Part shown: piece by piece, positions 9,301 to 17,000 of the stretch | Layout: each line of letters opens with the position of its first letter | Position numbering within the stretch: the stretch's first letter is position 1 | Assembly (NCBI GenBank): GCA_949298535.1 | Contig: CASFXA010000036.1 | Location: 1-58,287, forward strand | Direction of reading: 5' to 3' | DNA length: 58,287 nucleotides | Origin: an uncultured Oscillospiraceae bacterium | Lineage (GTDB): Bacteria > Bacillota > Clostridia > Oscillospirales > Ruminococcaceae | Program-made: the position numbers and the translations under genes | Notes under the pieces: model-generated | Databases searched by the model: none | Told to the model about the DNA's origin: nothing | The model's input: only the letters and a program-made list of their open reading frames with translations

Positions 9301-10514
9301 CCTTGACCCCTTTCGCTCCAGCAAATACCGTCCCCGTTCCAAATCATCCCCAGCAGTTCCCCTTTCTGGCTGATGAGATTGAGCTTCGCCCGATAGCCGG
9401 GGGAAATTTTGCCCACATTCCGCAACCCTAACACACGGGCCGGGGTTTCGCTTGCCATTGTTACGGCTTCCGCCAGGGGAATACCTGTTTGAACTGCATT
9501 GCGCACCATGCGGTCCACAGGGGTGATGCTTCCGGCAAACAAATTCCGGTCCTTCACCAGAGCCACCTGATCGGTGACCCGAATCTCCACACCGGTGGCG
9601 CTGCTGCCCAGCATATAACAACCCGGTTCCATCCCGGCAGCGCTGATGCTGTCCGATACAAAGCAAATTTTGTCGCATCCCTTGGACCGGTACACCAGCC
9701 GCAGCAGATCCGCCGGGAGGTGACAGCCGTCTGCAATCGCTTCTGCATATAAAGAGTCGCTGAGCAGCCCCAGTTCCGTCAGCCCCAAATGCTTTCGGGG
9801 GTCATCCGGCCGCCGGGAGACGGTGGAACTGCAGCAAAAAATATGCGTGACGCCGGACATTCCCGCTTCCATGGCGGCATAGATTTCATCGTCAATGGAC
9901 GCGTCATGTCCGCCGGAAACCACGATTCCCCGTTCCCGGCATTTACGGATCAGCGCGACAATGTTTTTCACATCCGGAGAGATGGTTATGAGACGAATCA
10001 CATCGCTGTATTCATCTATAAACCTCAGTTCCCTTTCTCCCGGGGTCAGCAGGTACTCCTCTGGCTGCGCTCCCCGATTGACAGCGGACAAAAACGGCCC
10101 TTCCAAATGAGCCCCCGGTATGTCAATCGGTACGCAGGGGACGTATCTTCTCAAAAGAAGCAGCACCTGTTCCACTTCTTCCAGCGGCGCCGTCAGCGTC
10201 GTGGGCAAAAACGTCCCCACCCCATGGGAAAACTGAAACCGGCAGATGGCGTCCAAAGCCTCTTCCGTGGCGTTCATGGTGTCCTGCATCATGGCCCCAT
10301 GGGTGTGAATATCAATGTAAGAAGGACAAACATACTGTCCTCCGCCATCTATCACCTGCTGGCCCTGGGGGGAAAACAGCTCCATACCGCCAAACTGAGC
10401 GATCTGATCCCCTTCCACTGTGAGAAACTGATTCTCCATCACCTGGGAATCCACAATCAGGTTCACATGAATCAAGCTGAACGCAGACAACAACCGACAT
10501 CCCCTTTCATCCAA
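9297..10514 (-). CDS. nagA: N-acetylglucosamine-6-phosphate deacetylase-like amidohydrolase (atypical phosphate site)
   Basis: DIHTHG, FLPTTLT, HLEGPF, GH, TH, ADGCH, VSDS and AGS motifs. The canonical THLFNAM reads THIFCCSS here. Confidence 0.88.
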   Translation of the reverse strand: MDERGCRLLSAFSLIHVNLIVDSQVMENQFLTVEGDQIAQFGGMELFSPQGQQVIDGGGQYVCPSYIDIHTHGAMMQDTMNATEEALDAICRFQFSHGVGTFLPTTLTAPLEEVEQVLLLLRRYVPCVPIDIPGAHLEGPFLSAVNRGAQPEEYLLTPGERELRFIDEYSDVIRLITISPDVKNIVALIRKCRERGIVVSGGHDASIDDEIYAAMEAGMSGVTHIFCCSSTVSRRPDDPRKHLGLTELGLLSDSLYAEAIADGCHLPADLLRLVYRSKGCDKICFVSDSISAAGMEPGCYMLGSSATGVEIRVTDQVALVKDRNLFAGSITPVDRMVRNAVQTGIPLAEAVTMASETPARVLGLRNVGKISPGYRAKLNLISQKGELLGMIWNGDGICWSERGQG

Positions 10515-10591
10515 ATGGGAAGGCTTCTCCCCCGCCTGTAGAACAGTCCCCTCCGCGCCGGAGGCTTCTTTTCCAGGGGAAGAAAATCAAT

Positions 10592-11461
10592 TCATCCTTT
10601 CACCGCGCCGCTGGTCAAACCGGATACGATCTGCTCCTGGAAACAGACATAGGCGATGATGCAGGGAACAATACTCAGCACAATGGCCGCATACATGGAC
10701 ACATAGTCCGTGGTGAACTGATTGGTGAAATACCGGATTCCCAGCTGGATGGTTTTGTTGCTGGAAGAGGAGATAATCAGGTTTGCATACACAAATTCAT
10801 TCCAGCAGGTAATGAAGTGCAGGGTGGCGGCGGTTACCAGACCGGTTCGGGACAGCGGCAAAATAATCCGGAAAAATCTCCCGAAAAATCCGCAGCCGTC
10901 GATGTAAGCCGCCTCCTCAATCTCCCGGGGCAGAGAATTCATAAAGCCCCTGACGATGAAGGTGGAAATGGGAATGCCAATAGCGGTATAAACCAGCACC
11001 AGGCCCAGCATTTTATCATAAAGGCTCAGCTTATTGATAATAATGAAATACGGCACCATTAAAGCGTTGAGGGGCACCAAAATGCCGGCGGAGAACATGG
11101 CGAAGATGCCCTCTTTGAACTTAAATTCAAACCGGGAAATGCAGTAGGCGATCATGGCAGCCACCAGAATATTGCACAGCATGGCGGCAAAGCTGATGAC
11201 CACGGAATTGATCATCATCCGGCCAATGCCGGAAAGCTCAATGGCGTTTATATAGTTTTGTACCTGCCACACTTCAGGCAGTGTAAAGGGATTTGCCATC
11301 AGTTCGGCGTTGGTCTTGAAAGAAGTCATGGCCAGCCACAGCATGGGAAAAATGGCATAAAAGGCGAAAAAGAGCAGCAGCAGCCACTTTGCCACCGTCA
11401 GCAGCAAACTGGACGCTGTAAGTTTCTGATGTTTTTTGTGGGAAACAGCTTCCATCTCCAA
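10592..11461 (-). CDS. Carbohydrate ABC transporter permease (MalG-like)
   Basis: EAA motif EIEEAAYIDG, WNEF, and C-terminal GLTSGAVKG. Confidence 0.95.
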   Translation of the reverse strand: MEMEAVSHKKHQKLTASSLLLTVAKWLLLLFFAFYAIFPMLWLAMTSFKTNAELMANPFTLPEVWQVQNYINAIELSGIGRMMINSVVISFAAMLCNILVAAMIAYCISRFEFKFKEGIFAMFSAGILVPLNALMVPYFIIINKLSLYDKMLGLVLVYTAIGIPISTFIVRGFMNSLPREIEEAAYIDGCGFFGRFFRIILPLSRTGLVTAATLHFITCWNEFVYANLIISSSSNKTIQLGIRYFTNQFTTDYVSMYAAIVLSIVPCIIAYVCFQEQIVSGLTSGAVKG

Positions 11462-11468
11462 CCCTCCT

Positions 11469-12344
11469 TCAAGTCTTCTCGCCTCTGAGATTGAACAGCT
11501 TACGAATCAGCAGAATGGTGCAGGTTCCCACTACAATCAGGGTCATGGCGGCGGCGTTGGCTCTGCCATAGTTGCTGCTCTGCATCTGCTTGTAAAGATA
11601 CAACACCATTACGGAGGTGCGGTTCATAGGGCCGCCGTTGGTGAGGATATATACCTGTTCAAAGGTACGCAGGCCCAACACTACTGCCAGCGTCACACAG
11701 GTCAGCAGCGAGTTTTTAATAAGAGGAATGGTAATTTTGATGTCCTGCTGAATTTTGGTGGCCCCGTCGATCTCCGCAGCTTCGTAGTAAGCCTCGTCAA
11801 TGCCGGTGATTTCAGACATCATAATGACCATGTAATAGCCGATGTAAAATACCCAGTAGATCACTACCGAGAAGAAAGCGGTATCAGGGTTGCCCAGCCA
11901 GTTGGTGGCATATTGTTCCAGGCCCAGCACCTTAAGCAGTCCGTTGAGCAGTCCGAACTCACTGTTGTAAATGGCCTGCCAAAGCATGGCCAGCGCGATA
12001 CCGGAAACTACCTGGGGAAAGAAGTAAACTGTGCGGAAAAATTTCCATCCTCTGGGTTTTTTGGAAAGAATCAGCGCCATCAGCATTGCCAGCGGTACCT
12101 GGACACAACCGGCAACCAACGCCCAAATGACATTGTTGCTGACGCTGCGGCGGAAAGTGGCGTCGGAAAAAATCTTGATATAATTCTGCAGTCCTGTAAA
12201 GACAGGCGCGGTCATGCCGTTCCACTGGGTAAAACTGGTGACCAGCACATAGATCACCGGAATAATGAAAAACAGCGTAAAGAGAAACAAGCCGGGGATG
12301 AGGAACAACAAAATCCCCAATTTGTCGTGCTTGGTAGGCTTCAT
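11469..12344 (-). CDS. Carbohydrate ABC transporter permease (MalF-like)
   Basis: GLQNY, YYEAAEIDGA and TNGGP motifs. Confidence 0.95.
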   Translation of the reverse strand: MKPTKHDKLGILLFLIPGLFLFTLFFIIPVIYVLVTSFTQWNGMTAPVFTGLQNYIKIFSDATFRRSVSNNVIWALVAGCVQVPLAMLMALILSKKPRGWKFFRTVYFFPQVVSGIALAMLWQAIYNSEFGLLNGLLKVLGLEQYATNWLGNPDTAFFSVVIYWVFYIGYYMVIMMSEITGIDEAYYEAAEIDGATKIQQDIKITIPLIKNSLLTCVTLAVVLGLRTFEQVYILTNGGPMNRTSVMVLYLYKQMQSSNYGRANAAAMTLIVVGTCTILLIRKLFNLRGEKT

Positions 12345-12386
12345 TCTTTTTCCCTCCTAACAGCTTTGTCCGATGGTGCGGGAAAA

Positions 12387-12420
12387 GGGGCGCCGGTAAA
12401 GAGGCATTACCAGCGCCCCC
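12387..12420 (-). terminator. Stem-loop after the solute-binding protein gene (mRNA stabiliser or partial terminator)
   Basis: Minus strand GGGGCGCTGGTAA...TTACCGGCGCCCC followed by TTTT. Confidence 0.55.
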
Positions 12421-12444
12421 ATAATCACTGTGGGAAGCAGCTTT

Positions 12445-13749
12445 TTAGCTGATGGAGCTGAGGACCTCTATAAACTGCTCCGGAGTGTACTCATCCATTA
12501 CCAAAGCGTCCAGCGCCTGGGGGAACTCGGTCATGGTAGCTACAGGAACAGAAATCTGGAACACGGGAGCCACATAAGGCGCTTCGGCAATCATAGAAAC
12601 CAGTTTGGATTGCAGCGCGCTCATTCCTTCGGGCTCGTCGAACTTCACCGCAAACAGGGAACCAGCGGAAACGGAGAGCTTCGCTACCCACTCGGGATCC
12701 GTGATAAATTTCAGGAACTCAACCGCAGCCTCCGCCTTGGCAGGATCGGTTTGGTTGCCCAAAGCAAGATACGCCTGCACCTGACCGGTCAAACCTTTCT
12801 CTTCTCCCTTTCCGCCTGTGGCCATGGGGGGGAACGCCAGATCAACATTGGCGTTGAGGCTCTCGGTGCCTTCGGTGGGAACACGGCCAAAGAACCAGGG
12901 ACCATTCATAAAGATAGCGGTGCGCTCGTTGAGGAAGTGACCTGCGGAAATAGACGCGCCGGCGCCCACAGCATCGGAAGTGGTGTAATCAAACATCTTG
13001 CGCACCATTTCGGCTGCCTCCACAAAGGCAGGATCGCTCAGTCCGTTTGCGTACACATCCTTGCCGCCGATCGCCACAATGGCCTGGGAAAACCACAGCT
13101 GGGTGGTGTAGGCATTTTCACCGGTCATCTGGGACATGGGGGTAATGCCGTTGGCTTTGAGCTTCTCACAGCAATCCCACAATTCGTCATAGGTGGTGGG
13201 GAAATGATCGTATCCCACATCCGCCAGGAGCTTTTTGTTGTACATCACAGGGAAATAGGCGGACTCATAGGGAAGAGCGTACAGGCCGCCGTCCACCTTG
13301 GCGTCATCAAGCACTCCGGCAGTAAAATCAGCCGCCCACTCGTCTGTTACATAAGGGGTCAGATCCAGCAGTTTGCCGCTGCGGGAAAAATTGTTCAGGT
13401 CGTCGATATTATCAATGGTGAAAATATCCGGAGCGTTTCCGGTGGTAATCATGGTACGGATCTTGTCCCGGTATGCCTGATAGTCCGTCTGCTCTTCAAT
13501 GACGATCTTGATCTTCCCTGCGTTCTCTTCATTAAAGGCAGCCACCATCTCTCCAAAGACCTGCGCCTTGGAGTCTTTTGCCACCCAAATGCAGGGGAAA
13601 TTCAGCTCAATCTCTCCTGCGGCGGAAGTTTCCCCTCCACCGCTGCTGGAAGCAGGAGCACTGCTGCTGGCTGAGCTGCCACAGCTGGCCATTGTAAGAA
13701 TCATCGCTGCGGAGAGTGCAATGGCAGATGCTTTTTGAAAGATCTTCAT
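12445..13749 (-). CDS. Sugar ABC transporter substrate-binding lipoprotein
   Basis: Lipoprotein signal (MASC) and Ser-rich linker, with family-1 SBP motifs (APDIF, YNKKLL, PTTYDEL). GAGGAG RBS before 13749. Confidence 0.93.
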   Translation of the reverse strand: MKIFQKASAIALSAAMILTMASCGSSASSSAPASSSGGGETSAAGEIELNFPCIWVAKDSKAQVFGEMVAAFNEENAGKIKIVIEEQTDYQAYRDKIRTMITTGNAPDIFTIDNIDDLNNFSRSGKLLDLTPYVTDEWAADFTAGVLDDAKVDGGLYALPYESAYFPVMYNKKLLADVGYDHFPTTYDELWDCCEKLKANGITPMSQMTGENAYTTQLWFSQAIVAIGGKDVYANGLSDPAFVEAAEMVRKMFDYTTSDAVGAGASISAGHFLNERTAIFMNGPWFFGRVPTEGTESLNANVDLAFPPMATGGKGEEKGLTGQVQAYLALGNQTDPAKAEAAVEFLKFITDPEWVAKLSVSAGSLFAVKFDEPEGMSALQSKLVSMIAEAPYVAPVFQISVPVATMTEFPQALDALVMDEYTPEQFIEVLSSIS

Positions 13750-13830
13750 ACTTTTTCCTCCTAGATACAAAATTTTAATGATGTGCAAAATAACTCCGGA
13801 TGAATAACGCCAGCAAAGAAACAATGGCTT

Positions 13831-13857
13831 TAATTAATTAGACTTTAGAATTAATTA
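13831..13857. promoter_or_regulatory. Putative ROK-repressor operator (left arm)
   Basis: TAATTAATT-N9-AATTAATTA inverted repeat just downstream of the leftward promoter. It has the TT-N9-AA layout of NagC/Mlc operators. Confidence 0.6.
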
Positions 13858-13871
13858 TCCGGCTTGATATT

Positions 13872-13900
13872 AGTATATTATACGTATTTTCAAAAGACAA
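13872..13900 (-). promoter_or_regulatory. Putative sigma-A promoter of the ABC/nagA arm
   Basis: Minus strand TTGTCT-N17-TATACT. Confidence 0.65.
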
Positions 13901-13973
13901 TTAACGTTTTCCATGAAATAAAAAGATCTTAATTGTGCAAATAATATATTTTTATCAAACTATCAAAAAGGTA

Positions 13974-14002
13974 TTTACACAAAAACACGATTGTTGTATC
14001 AT
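13974..14002 (+). promoter_or_regulatory. Putative sigma-A promoter of the nagB/SQ arm
   Basis: TTTACA-N17-TATCAT. Confidence 0.65.
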
Positions 14003-14017
14003 GTTTTCGGGAATATA

Positions 14018-14044
14018 TAAATAATTCATTTAATTAATAATTAT
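14018..14044. promoter_or_regulatory. Putative ROK-repressor operator (right arm)
   Basis: TAAATAATT-N9-AATAATTAT, matching the left-arm site and just downstream of the rightward promoter. Confidence 0.55.
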
Positions 14045-14118
14045 AGTTCCCATTTCGCATCCAGCGCTGTCGTTTATCTTCATTTATTATAGCTGTAAAA
14101 AAAGGAGGAGCGTTTTCC

Positions 14119-14967
14119 ATGGATTCCAGACAAAAATTTGAATGTGTATCGAAAGAGCAGCTGTTGGCAGAGGCCAAAGTTCCGGTGGAAGTGGTGGACA
14201 CAGAAGACGATATTTACTACCATATGGCTCTGGATATGCTGGAGAGAATCCAGCAGAACAACGCCGCCCAAAAGAACTCCGTTTTCATCGTTCCCGTGGG
14301 GCCGGTGGGACAGTACCGCCGTCTGGCCAAAATGTGCAATGAGAAACGGGTTAGCCTCAAAAAGGTTTGGTTTTTCAATATGGATGAATATCTGGACGAG
14401 GACCTGCGTCCTATTCCCAAGAGCCATCCTCTCAGTTTTGCCGGATTTATGGATCGGGAATTTTACGAGCTGGTGGATCCTCAGCTGGTGATGCCGGAAG
14501 AAAACCGGATTTTCCCCATGCCGGGACACGAGGGGGAAATTTGGGAAAAAATCTGCCAGCTGGGCGGTGTGGACGTCGCTTACGGCGGCATCGGCATCAC
14601 CGGCCACATCGCTTTCAATGAGCCGCCGGAGCCGGGCGTGGAGATGACCGCTGAGGAATTCCGCCAGCTGCCCACCCGGGTGCTGGCCCTCAGTCGGGAA
14701 ACCCGCACCATCAACTCCGTCACCGCCGCCAACGGATACATTGACTATATCCCCCACTACTGCATCACCATCGGTATGAAGGAAATCCTCAGCGCACGGC
14801 ACATTCGCTTTTACATGAACCGCACCTGGCAGAAAGGCATTGTCCGCAAGCTGCTGCTGGGAGATGTAACGCCCGCCGTTCCTTCTTCCTTCTTCCAGCA
14901 GCATCCAGACGCCAAAATGATTATCGCCTCCTATGTGGCGGAACCGCCCGTGGGACAGTTGAGATAA
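14119..14967 (+). CDS. Glucosamine-6-phosphate deaminase/isomerase (NagB)-family protein, atypical phosphate loop
   Basis: FNMDEY, GGIGITGHIAFNEP, ITIGMKEIL and PSSFFQQHP motifs. PVGPVG occupies the position of the usual PTGSTP loop. Confidence 0.85.
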   Translation: MDSRQKFECVSKEQLLAEAKVPVEVVDTEDDIYYHMALDMLERIQQNNAAQKNSVFIVPVGPVGQYRRLAKMCNEKRVSLKKVWFFNMDEYLDEDLRPIPKSHPLSFAGFMDREFYELVDPQLVMPEENRIFPMPGHEGEIWEKICQLGGVDVAYGGIGITGHIAFNEPPEPGVEMTAEEFRQLPTRVLALSRETRTINSVTAANGYIDYIPHYCITIGMKEILSARHIRFYMNRTWQKGIVRKLLLGDVTPAVPSSFFQQHPDAKMIIASYVAEPPVGQLR

Positions 14968-14982
14968 GGGAGGAATTTCGTC

Positions 14983-16059
14983 ATGGCCATCAAAACCGCC
15001 GTCATCGGCACCGGTATGATGGGCAGCTCTCAGGTGCGCAACTGCTTCGGCAAGCTGCCTCAGTATGAAATTGTGGCCCTGTGTGACAACTACCCTCCCA
15101 ACCTGGAGGCCACAGCGGCCTGGATGCAGGCACAGGGGAAAAATGTAGCCTGCTACAGTGATTATCGCCAGCTGCTGGACAGGGAGGACTTTGACCTGGC
15201 GGTTATCGTCACCCCTGATTACCAGCACGAAGAACAGGCGGTAGCCTGCCTGAAAGCGGGAAAACACGTTCGCCTGGAAAAGCCCATGGCCACCACCCCC
15301 GAAGGCTGCCGGCACATTCTGGAAGCCTATCGCAGCAGCGGAAAGGTGCTGCAAATCGGGCTGGAACTGCGGTACGCTTTTCTGACCCGGAAAGTGCTGG
15401 AGCTTCGTCCCAGGCTGGGCAACACCAAAATGATCTGGTGCCATGAGTTCCGCAATCCTTTCCTGGAAAAGACCGGTTCGGTGATGAACTGGATTGTGGA
15501 AAAGCGTTATTCCGGCGGAACCCTGCTGGAAAAAAACTGCCATCATTTTGATTTGTTCAATATGATCGCCGGATGCAGACCTGTGAAAATCTTTGCCAGC
15601 GGCGACAATCAGGTGATCTATCGCCACACCGATGTTTTGGACAACGCCTTTGTCACTGTGGAATATGAAAACGGGATGCGGGCGATGCTCTCCCTCTGCC
15701 TTTTCGCTCCGGAGAAAAAATTGCAGCAGCATATGGGGTCCCTGGAGTTTGGCCTGCTGGGGAACCAGGGACGATTGGAGCTGCGGGACGACGATCTCTA
15801 TTTCTGGGATCGAAAAGGACTGTCGGAGGAGCATTACCACTTCTGCCGCAGTAATTTTGAGGCCCACAGCGATGATATTGTCCCCTCCCTGATAGAATTG
15901 GCCCAGTGCATCCAGGAGGGCCGTCAGCCCTTTACCGACATCAGCACCGGCATCAACAGCGCCTTGGTGGGGATGGCGGCGGAGCTGTCTGCAGAGCAGA
16001 AGCGACCAGTGGAGCTGTCGGAAATGGAACAGCTGATGGGCGTGGCGTACATGGTGTAA
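14983..16059 (+). CDS. Gfo/Idh/MocA family NAD-binding protein; candidate GH188-type NAD+-dependent sulfo-glycosidase
   Basis: GTGMMG Rossmann motif, EKP, GLELRY, EFRNPFLEK and GGTLLEKNCHHFDL. The family is secure; the GH188 link rests on recalled motifs and gene context. Confidence 0.8.
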   Translation: MAIKTAVIGTGMMGSSQVRNCFGKLPQYEIVALCDNYPPNLEATAAWMQAQGKNVACYSDYRQLLDREDFDLAVIVTPDYQHEEQAVACLKAGKHVRLEKPMATTPEGCRHILEAYRSSGKVLQIGLELRYAFLTRKVLELRPRLGNTKMIWCHEFRNPFLEKTGSVMNWIVEKRYSGGTLLEKNCHHFDLFNMIAGCRPVKIFASGDNQVIYRHTDVLDNAFVTVEYENGMRAMLSLCLFAPEKKLQQHMGSLEFGLLGNQGRLELRDDDLYFWDRKGLSEEHYHFCRSNFEAHSDDIVPSLIELAQCIQEGRQPFTDISTGINSALVGMAAELSAEQKRPVELSEMEQLMGVAYMV

Positions 16060-16084
16060 AAATGGGGACCGAGGTGAGAGGGAG

Positions 16085-16984
16085 ATGAAAAAATACTCCG
16101 TCGTTGTGCTGCTGGCCTTTATCTGGGCCGCTTACTACTATTCCCTGGGCATCAGCAACAAGCTCATTGATCCCTTCGCCACCGGCGTCTTCATCCGTCT
16201 GCTGACCTTTCTTATTCTGACGATGGTAATGGGGGCCAAGGGTCGGTTAAAGGCCCTGCGGGTCTCCCAGGCCCTTCTGCCCCGGCTGGTTCTCATCGGC
16301 TGCATGGGCTTTCTGCTGGACATCACCGCTTTTTTGGGCAGCCGCTACGGCAACGCCGCCACCGGCAGCATCCTGCTGAAAACCGACGTGCTGATGGTGG
16401 GGGCCATTTCGGCGGTGCTGTACCGCCAGCGGTTCAGCGGCAAAGAATGGGGCCTGGTGGCGGTGATGCTGGCCGGCGTGGCCCTGGTGCTGGGAATCGA
16501 GCCTGCCCACCTGTCTCTCCAGTGGGCGGATCTGTTCTATCTCCTCAGCGCGTTTTTCGTCTCGGTCAACGCCTTTATCATCAAATCCGTTCAGAAGGAT
16601 CATTGCCCCAACGACGTCATCGCCTACTACAACAACGCCGTCACCCTGGTGTTTTTCCTGGGGGCGTCTCTGGTCACCGGGGCCCTGGGGGATCTGGCAG
16701 CCATCGCCTCTCCCCCTTTGCTGACAGCGCTGCTGGTGGGAGGATTCGGGCAGTTCTTTGTTTATGTTTTCTATTACCAGGCATTGGAGCGGCTGCCGGT
16801 GTGGAATGTCAAGATTATTTTGCTGCTCATACCGGTTATCACCTTGTTTTATGATTTTATTGTCGCCGGCGCGCTGCCCACTCCGGGCAAGCTGGCGGGA
16901 ATGGTTATCGTCCTCTCCAGCGCCGTGGCGGTCATCCGCCTCCAAAGCGCGGGACAGAAAATCTCTTCCGCCCTGAGCAAATGA
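16085..16984 (+). CDS. DMT/EamA family transporter (candidate organosulfonate, e.g. isethionate, exporter)
   Basis: About 10 TM helices in two EamA-like halves; sits inside the SQ operon. Confidence 0.85.
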   Translation: MKKYSVVVLLAFIWAAYYYSLGISNKLIDPFATGVFIRLLTFLILTMVMGAKGRLKALRVSQALLPRLVLIGCMGFLLDITAFLGSRYGNAATGSILLKTDVLMVGAISAVLYRQRFSGKEWGLVAVMLAGVALVLGIEPAHLSLQWADLFYLLSAFFVSVNAFIIKSVQKDHCPNDVIAYYNNAVTLVFFLGASLVTGALGDLAAIASPPLLTALLVGGFGQFFVYVFYYQALERLPVWNVKIILLLIPVITLFYDFIVAGALPTPGKLAGMVIVLSSAVAVIRLQSAGQKISSALSK

Positions 16985-17000
16985 AAGGAGAAATGTGGGG

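Noticed and set aside
8560-9678. 372-aa version of the ChbG ORF with a long N-terminal extension
   Set aside because: The extension overlaps nagA in another frame; the family motif and RBS place the start at 9300.
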